This document shows positions 59,569-64,000 of a stretch of 64,000 nucleotides of DNA, in pieces; position 1 is the first letter of the stretch; every line of letters begins with the position of its first letter. The position numbers and the translations under genes were made by a program. The notes under the pieces were generated by a model. The model was given only the letters and a program-made list of their open reading frames with translations, was not told the DNA's origin and ran no database searches. The stretch lies in IMG/VR virus record IMGVR_UViG_3300038321_000417. The stretch is one strand, 5' to 3'. Source of the stretch: an uncultured virus (IMG/VR IMGVR_UViG_3300038321_000417) (lineage: Duplodnaviria; Heunggongvirae; Uroviricota; Caudoviricetes).

Positions 59569-59850
59569 TTAAATAACCCCTGCGTAAAGCGTTCTCTTTG
59601 TCCGCTTCATAGCAAATTCTTCCATCACTCCTGTGATAAACTCTATCGCTTCTTTTTCTTCATTAGTGTATTCAATAGGTAAAACTGTATCATGATCTAT
59701 TACATGTTCTAATTGTGTTCTTATCGGTACAAATCTGCCAAGAATGTTAATAACATAATTATCATCTGCTTTAAATTCTTTTTTTCGTGTGATTAACGCT
59801 TTTATTGTTTTATATGAATAAAACATTTGTTTATATGCGTATGTTTCCAT
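59569..59850 (-). CDS. Hypothetical protein
   Basis: GGAGG RBS; stop a few bases from the IS left end. Confidence 0.7.
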   Translation of the reverse strand: METYAYKQMFYSYKTIKALITRKKEFKADDNYVINILGRFVPIRTQLEHVIDHDTVLPIEYTNEEKEAIEFITGVMEEFAMKRTKRTLYAGVI

Positions 59851-59867
59851 CAGTTAAAGTCCTCCAA

Positions 59868-60689
59868 TTAATCAATGCATGTCTGCTCCATTTTAGCTAT
59901 TCTTGCTTGCGTAAATTCATCTTTACTTAATTTGTAACGTTTTAAAACGCCCGGAGCTGTTAATGGATTACGTATGTAGGTATCCGAATAGCTTAATAAG
60001 AAAGTCAATGAATGTGGTCTATCGTAAACAGAATACTCTTTACACTGTATGAATATAAACTCTGAATTCTCGTTCAATATTTCTTCCGATAGTAATAAAC
60101 TAGCACAATTGTCTCTGTATTTACCTAAAACCTCACATATAGTCGATTCCATGTTTTCGTACGAATCATCATACCTAAAATACCCCTGGAATCTGCATAT
60201 AAAAGGTCTTATGTCATAGATAGAACATTGACCAACTTCATTTAAAAACAAACAAGGGCTGTCTTCATGGGTTGTTTTGCACTTACCTGTAGCTTTGAGA
60301 TAGCGGTTAAACACGTCAATGCCGCCCTCTTCCATGTTTTCTTCGTACTCCGCCGTCTCTTTATTGTGTTCTCTGAATTTTTCCCACTTTACTTTTGCTT
60401 TACTTGTCAACTCTTGCCATTTATTTAGCCCGTAACGTTTTGTGTATTCATAAGCAATATAGTCAAACTCGGTACTCGATATTGCAAAATAATGATTACA
60501 ACAAGTGTTACAGGATTCCCTACACAAGTTGCACTTACCGTTTGCTTTTCCCTCTAAGATGATAGCGTCCAGCTTTTTATAATAGTTAATTAAACCCGCT
60601 ATTAAACTGTCTGGATTTATGTCGGGATGGCACCTCTTATATTTCTTTCCAGAACCACAAAAACAAAGATCGTTCCTGCCTAATGTCAT
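59868..60689 (-). CDS. SEC-C motif + YkgJ-type CxxCxxCC cysteine-cluster protein
   Basis: GRNDLCFCGSGKKYKRCH; CRESCNTCC; CLFL...CSIYDIRPFICR. Confidence 0.9.
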   Translation of the reverse strand: MTLGRNDLCFCGSGKKYKRCHPDINPDSLIAGLINYYKKLDAIILEGKANGKCNLCRESCNTCCNHYFAISSTEFDYIAYEYTKRYGLNKWQELTSKAKVKWEKFREHNKETAEYEENMEEGGIDVFNRYLKATGKCKTTHEDSPCLFLNEVGQCSIYDIRPFICRFQGYFRYDDSYENMESTICEVLGKYRDNCASLLLSEEILNENSEFIFIQCKEYSVYDRPHSLTFLLSYSDTYIRNPLTAPGVLKRYKLSKDEFTQARIAKMEQTCID

Positions 60690-60714
60690 AAAGTGATACT
60701 CCTTTACTCATGTA

Positions 60715-60945
60715 CTATTTTGGAAGATAACCTGTTAGGGATTGCTTACATCTATAAATGTAAGCATTTTTGCTTTCTGCTCTAATGTATCTTTTGACCG
60801 ATTCGTTTTGTTTTAGCTCTTCAAGTTCATTCAAGAATGGTTCTGCAAGCTCATCAAGTTCTTTTTTAATTTCGGAAATCCCTTTAATGTCATACATAAT
60901 CGCCTTGTCTATTAATCGCTCGACTTGTTTGATTAATTTTTCCAT
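60715..60945 (-). CDS. Small helical hypothetical protein
   Basis: GAGGGAG RBS. Confidence 0.65.
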   Translation of the reverse strand: MEKLIKQVERLIDKAIMYDIKGISEIKKELDELAEPFLNELEELKQNESVKRYIRAESKNAYIYRCKQSLTGYLPK

Positions 60946-61042
60946 AAAATCACTCCCTCACAGTAGACTTATTGCGTTCCGGAGTCCTTTCTGCTGTCAT
61001 GACAAGGCGTCTAACAAGCCAGCAATAACCAGTTCTAGGCGC

Positions 61043-61228
61043 TTACTTCCTGTTATCAGTTACTATAGCCATGTATTTACACTTAGGACAAAAAGCATTT
61101 CCTGTTTCTTCATCTATATTACAGGTCTTTATAATATCTTGATCTGTTGTGCAAAAACCACAGTTTATACATTCTAATTCAAATTGTTCACTTTCATTTT
61201 TCATTTTAGTGCATCCGCCCCTTTTCAA
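61043..61228 (-). CDS. Small Zn-ribbon protein
   Basis: CINC...CPKC. Confidence 0.6.
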   Translation of the reverse strand: MKRGGCTKMKNESEQFELECINCGFCTTDQDIIKTCNIDEETGNAFCPKCKYMAIVTDNRK

Positions 61229-61279
61229 ATTACTTTATTTTTATATAATAATGTAGTGTCGGAATCTACGATATAATGT

Positions 61280-61540
61280 CTAAATTTTTGTCTCTAAATC
61301 TGTTAAAAACTTAGGCAAGCCTTTTCTCACAATCTCGACCGATGCCCTTTGTATAACTTTGTCTATAATTTCATCTTTTTTAGCGTAAATGTACTCTTTG
61401 ATAGCTTTCTCTACGCCAGTTTTAACACCATAGTTTGCGTCAGAATATTCACCTGAGTACTTTGTTACAATACGCTTTGCAATCTCCAATTCTACTAATT
61501 CAGTTATACGCTTTTCATTAATTTCAATTTCTAACTTCAT
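61280..61540 (-). CDS. Small hypothetical protein
   Basis: GAGGTGG RBS. Confidence 0.7.
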   Translation of the reverse strand: MKLEIEINEKRITELVELEIAKRIVTKYSGEYSDANYGVKTGVEKAIKEYIYAKKDEIIDKVIQRASVEIVRKGLPKFLTDLETKI

Positions 61541-61589
61541 TGTCTGCCCACCTCACTTTTTAATATAAAAACTTGTTATTCACAGTTAC

Positions 61590-61751
61590 CTATCGCCTAT
61601 CGCCCACTTCTTCAAGCACCCCTAATATTTCAGCCACCAACATTCCTGTCGCCAATACCGTCACAGATTGTAACACTAAACTTAACATACAAGCTATTAT
61701 CCTTGTTGCCGACTTAACAAACGAGATATACAAGTGCCACTTACTGTTCAT
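61590..61751 (-). CDS. 53-aa small membrane protein
   Basis: Read manually: MNSKWHLYISFVKSATRIIACMLSLVLQSVTVLATGMLVAEILGVLEEVGDRR; AAAGGG RBS; resembles a small phage membrane-protein family (recollection). Confidence 0.7.
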   Translation of the reverse strand: MNSKWHLYISFVKSATRIIACMLSLVLQSVTVLATGMLVAEILGVLEEVGDRR

Positions 61752-61816
61752 TTTTTTCACCCTTTCTGCTTTACAATAACCAACTTGTCACCTAAATCAG
61801 TTATTGTGCCTGTATT

Positions 61817-62140
61817 TTAGTCTCTCAGCTTTATGTCTTTATACTCAACAATATCCCCTTTAAACCTAATCCAGTAAAAATCATCCCATTGCTGTCCTCT
61901 TGTTTTTATACAAATTAAGTACGGATTGTACTCTTTAAGCCCTAATTCCTTAAGTAATTCATCACAGTTGGCTCTTGTACGGGGAAAACACCTGTCCTCG
62001 AAAAACTTCATTAGCGTAAACATATCTTTCCTGTCTTGAGGCATAGGTACATCCAAGAAGTGATCAGTATATACATCTTGAATAACAAGATTTTTACGAC
62101 TATTCGCAATAACATGAGCAACTTTACGATCTTTACACAT
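61817..62140 (-). CDS. HipA N-terminal (HipS-like) domain protein
   Basis: FFEDRCFPRTR...LLKELGL.EYNP...DDFYWI; real start probably further upstream. Confidence 0.5.
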   Translation of the reverse strand: MCKDRKVAHVIANSRKNLVIQDVYTDHFLDVPMPQDRKDMFTLMKFFEDRCFPRTRANCDELLKELGLKEYNPYLICIKTRGQQWDDFYWIRFKGDIVEYKDIKLRD

Positions 62141-62218
62141 ATAGTCGAATTCTATAATCGTTGTAACGTTCAGTAACTTATCTACTTTTTTATTTTGACC
62201 TATGAAATCCCAGCCCTC

Positions 62219-62614
62219 TTACACTCTGTCTAATGTGTTCGCTGTTGTAAATATATTTCTCATTCTAAACTCAAATGGAGATTCAGCTAGTAATACTAGT
62301 CTTAACTCATTTTGAGCGTCTAACGCAAAATAAGGATATGTTAAGAAATATTTCTCTTTAAATACCCACTCAGGTATCCCCACTTCATAGTCAGAACATA
62401 TTTTTTGTACTGCTCCGGATATAAAAGCGTAATCTCTTTCCGCTATGTTTTCAAATTGTTCCGGCTCTTCTCTAACCAGTTCAAATCTCTCTTTTGTTGT
62501 TCTGCTCTCAGAATAGAAATGATCTAAAAAGTCCCCAAAGTATATCCACATATTTACTTTAGGGTTAGTATTTTTTGCTGTAAGTTCAATTACTTCCTTT
62601 ATTGTGTACCGCAT
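62219..62614 (-). CDS. Hypothetical protein, putative partner of a nucleotidyltransferase-type TA module
   Basis: FGDFLDHFY...EEP...IPEWV...ESPFEFRMRNIF pattern. Confidence 0.6.
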   Translation of the reverse strand: MRYTIKEVIELTAKNTNPKVNMWIYFGDFLDHFYSESRTTKERFELVREEPEQFENIAERDYAFISGAVQKICSDYEVGIPEWVFKEKYFLTYPYFALDAQNELRLVLLAESPFEFRMRNIFTTANTLDRV

Positions 62615-62615
62615 T

Positions 62616-62732
62616 TCATTCTCCCAGTAACTCCATTAACATGTAAAATGTCTTAGGTAAAATTCTGTTCCTAGCCAATACAACAAATGTTCTTGCAACT
62701 CTTAGGTTAGTAAGCGTGTCATAATCTTTCAT
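62616..62732 (-). pseudogene. 38-aa ORF, possible deletion remnant
   Basis: Read manually: MKDYDTLTNLRVARTFVVLARNRILPKTFYMLMELLGE; ATGA-coupled upstream, abuts the 62219 gene. Confidence 0.4.
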
Positions 62733-62944
62733 TCAATCCACTCCCTTTTTCTTTCTGCGTCACGCACAGTATTGTAGAGTAAAATCGACCTTACCATTAC
62801 AACTACTGTAACTAACAGTATCACAGATAAGAATACACTCCGTACCGTTACGGTATTTAAAAGCGTAATTATTCCTATGAATATTGCTAAATACCTACAA
62901 AGTAATGCTTTTTCAATTACGGTCTTATTTTTCATCATATTCAC
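62729..62944 (-). CDS. Small two-TM protein
   Basis: Two hydrophobic helices; GAGGCGG RBS. Confidence 0.65.
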   Translation of the reverse strand: MNMMKNKTVIEKALLCRYLAIFIGIITLLNTVTVRSVFLSVILLVTVVVMVRSILLYNTVRDAERKREWIE

Positions 62945-62996
62945 CGCCTCAATGTCTTCATTTTATTTTTTCCCTCTCTAAGTGACATGTAGGGTA

Positions 62997-63206
62997 TTAT
63001 TTCTCCCTGTGTTTTATATGCCAAATTAAGTTCAACACAAGCATACATACTAAGGTTAGAGTGTACGCAATAATCTCATAGTCAACACTTCTTATCAATG
63101 CTACTACTAATAAAGTAAGCACTAAAAATGATACCCTGTCTAACCCCTTGATATAATTCAACTTTATTTTTTTCGTGTAGTATAACTCTTTAAGCTTTTG
63201 CTTCAC
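62997..63206 (-). CDS. Small two-TM protein
   Basis: Two helices with YEIIAY loop. Confidence 0.65.
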   Translation of the reverse strand: MKQKLKELYYTKKIKLNYIKGLDRVSFLVLTLLVVALIRSVDYEIIAYTLTLVCMLVLNLIWHIKHREK

Positions 63207-63403
63207 TCCGCATCAACCTTTTCCCCAATTTTCTTTTTCTGTTCTTTACAGTACAATAAGTCCATTACAATTACCGCCAATAAACATATGCTGTACGCTA
63301 ATATTTCATAAAATGAACCGTTTAGCACCCCTATAGCTATTCTTGTGGCAATGAAAAAGTAAATTAAGCCAATCCAATAACCAAATCCTAATTTTTTCTT
63401 CAT
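63203..63403 (-). CDS. Small two-TM protein
   Basis: Two helices with YEILAY loop; AAGGGG RBS. Confidence 0.65.
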   Translation of the reverse strand: MKKKLGFGYWIGLIYFFIATRIAIGVLNGSFYEILAYSICLLAVIVMDLLYCKEQKKKIGEKVDAE

Positions 63404-63518
63404 TTAAAATATCCCCTTTTTCAATTTATACATCTATACTCAACCTGCGGCTAACAAGTTAGCAAGCAATACCGCCACTAACTAAAAAAGCCCCATAATA
63501 CTATATGTGGCGTAATAC

Positions 63519-63935
63519 TTAAATTAGTTCGCCTGTGATTTCTTTTCTATATACAACTTTCTGTCCCACATCCCCCTTAGTTACGTATAGTCGTATATTA
63601 TTTAGATTGTTCGACTTTAACTTGTTTACATAATCAGTATAAAGCATAACCCTAGGAACACACATTAAGTCTATAACAATTTTAACACCATTAAGTTTTG
63701 TTACGCACACCGTGTGATAGTAATATTTTTCAGATACAGCCACAGGTAAGTTAAAAGTAGCTATGTTTCCGACTAGTGTCTTTGCAAAAAACGTCACTAA
63801 ATACCCCCTACTTATTGTCCTCACTACACGTTCAGCCATTTCAGAACAGTCTTCATTTGGATGCATAATGTTCATACCCTGTACTTTTTTAATAACACTT
63901 AAATATTTATCATTTACACTTTCTTTTCTTTTCAT
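63519..63935 (-). CDS. Hypothetical protein
   Basis: 138-aa ORF, followed by hairpin at ~63484-63512. Confidence 0.65.
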   Translation of the reverse strand: MKRKESVNDKYLSVIKKVQGMNIMHPNEDCSEMAERVVRTISRGYLVTFFAKTLVGNIATFNLPVAVSEKYYYHTVCVTKLNGVKIVIDLMCVPRVMLYTDYVNKLKSNNLNNIRLYVTKGDVGQKVVYRKEITGELI

Positions 63936-64000
63936 TTTTGATCACTTAGGTTAAACCATATAGAAACGGTCTTACATCAATATACTTTGAAGCGTCATCT

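Noticed and set aside
826..63954. All + strand ORFs in the track
   Set aside because: Nearly all are antisense shadows of longer minus-strand genes, with S/L/F/I-rich composition and no RBS or motifs
1..64000. tRNA/rRNA genes and phage structural module
   Set aside because: None recognisable by eye; tRNAscan and HMM searches needed to exclude divergent ones

Overview
AT-rich, Clostridia/Firmicutes-like DNA. Essentially all credible genes lie on the minus strand, which is G-rich relative to C; the + strand ORFs are antisense shadows. I see no ribosomal, metabolic or phage structural genes. The window does carry divergent copies of replication and chromosome-management genes: a GyrB/GyrA-like type IIA topoisomerase pair, DnaX, an HU-like protein, an SNF2-like helicase and a degenerate DnaC-like protein. 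This fits a large extrachromosomal element (megaplasmid or phage-plasmid) better than a core chromosome. The main candidate novel system is a tightly packed ~23 kb envelope/DNA-transfer operon (16445-39671). It contains a VirB4-like ATPase, a membrane FtsK/SpoIIIE ATPase, a receiver-like/acidic/degenerate-ParA protein, a bifunctional lytic-transglycosylase + M15 peptidase, a 1472-aa polytopic membrane protein, lipoproteins and a paralogous pair of pilin-like proteins. No relaxase or VirD4 is recognisable in the window. Other content: tandem BspA-type LRR surface proteins (one split at a G8 tract), a PilZ/YcgR-like protein, a tandem WYL_2/DUF2693-like protein, a giant secreted protein next to an SLH protein, a Fic protein lacking its catalytic His, a complete IS607-family element (TnpA, TnpB frameshifted at G6, omegaRNA-like right end), and an accessory region of small genes and remnants. 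All family calls come from motif recognition by eye; no searches were run.
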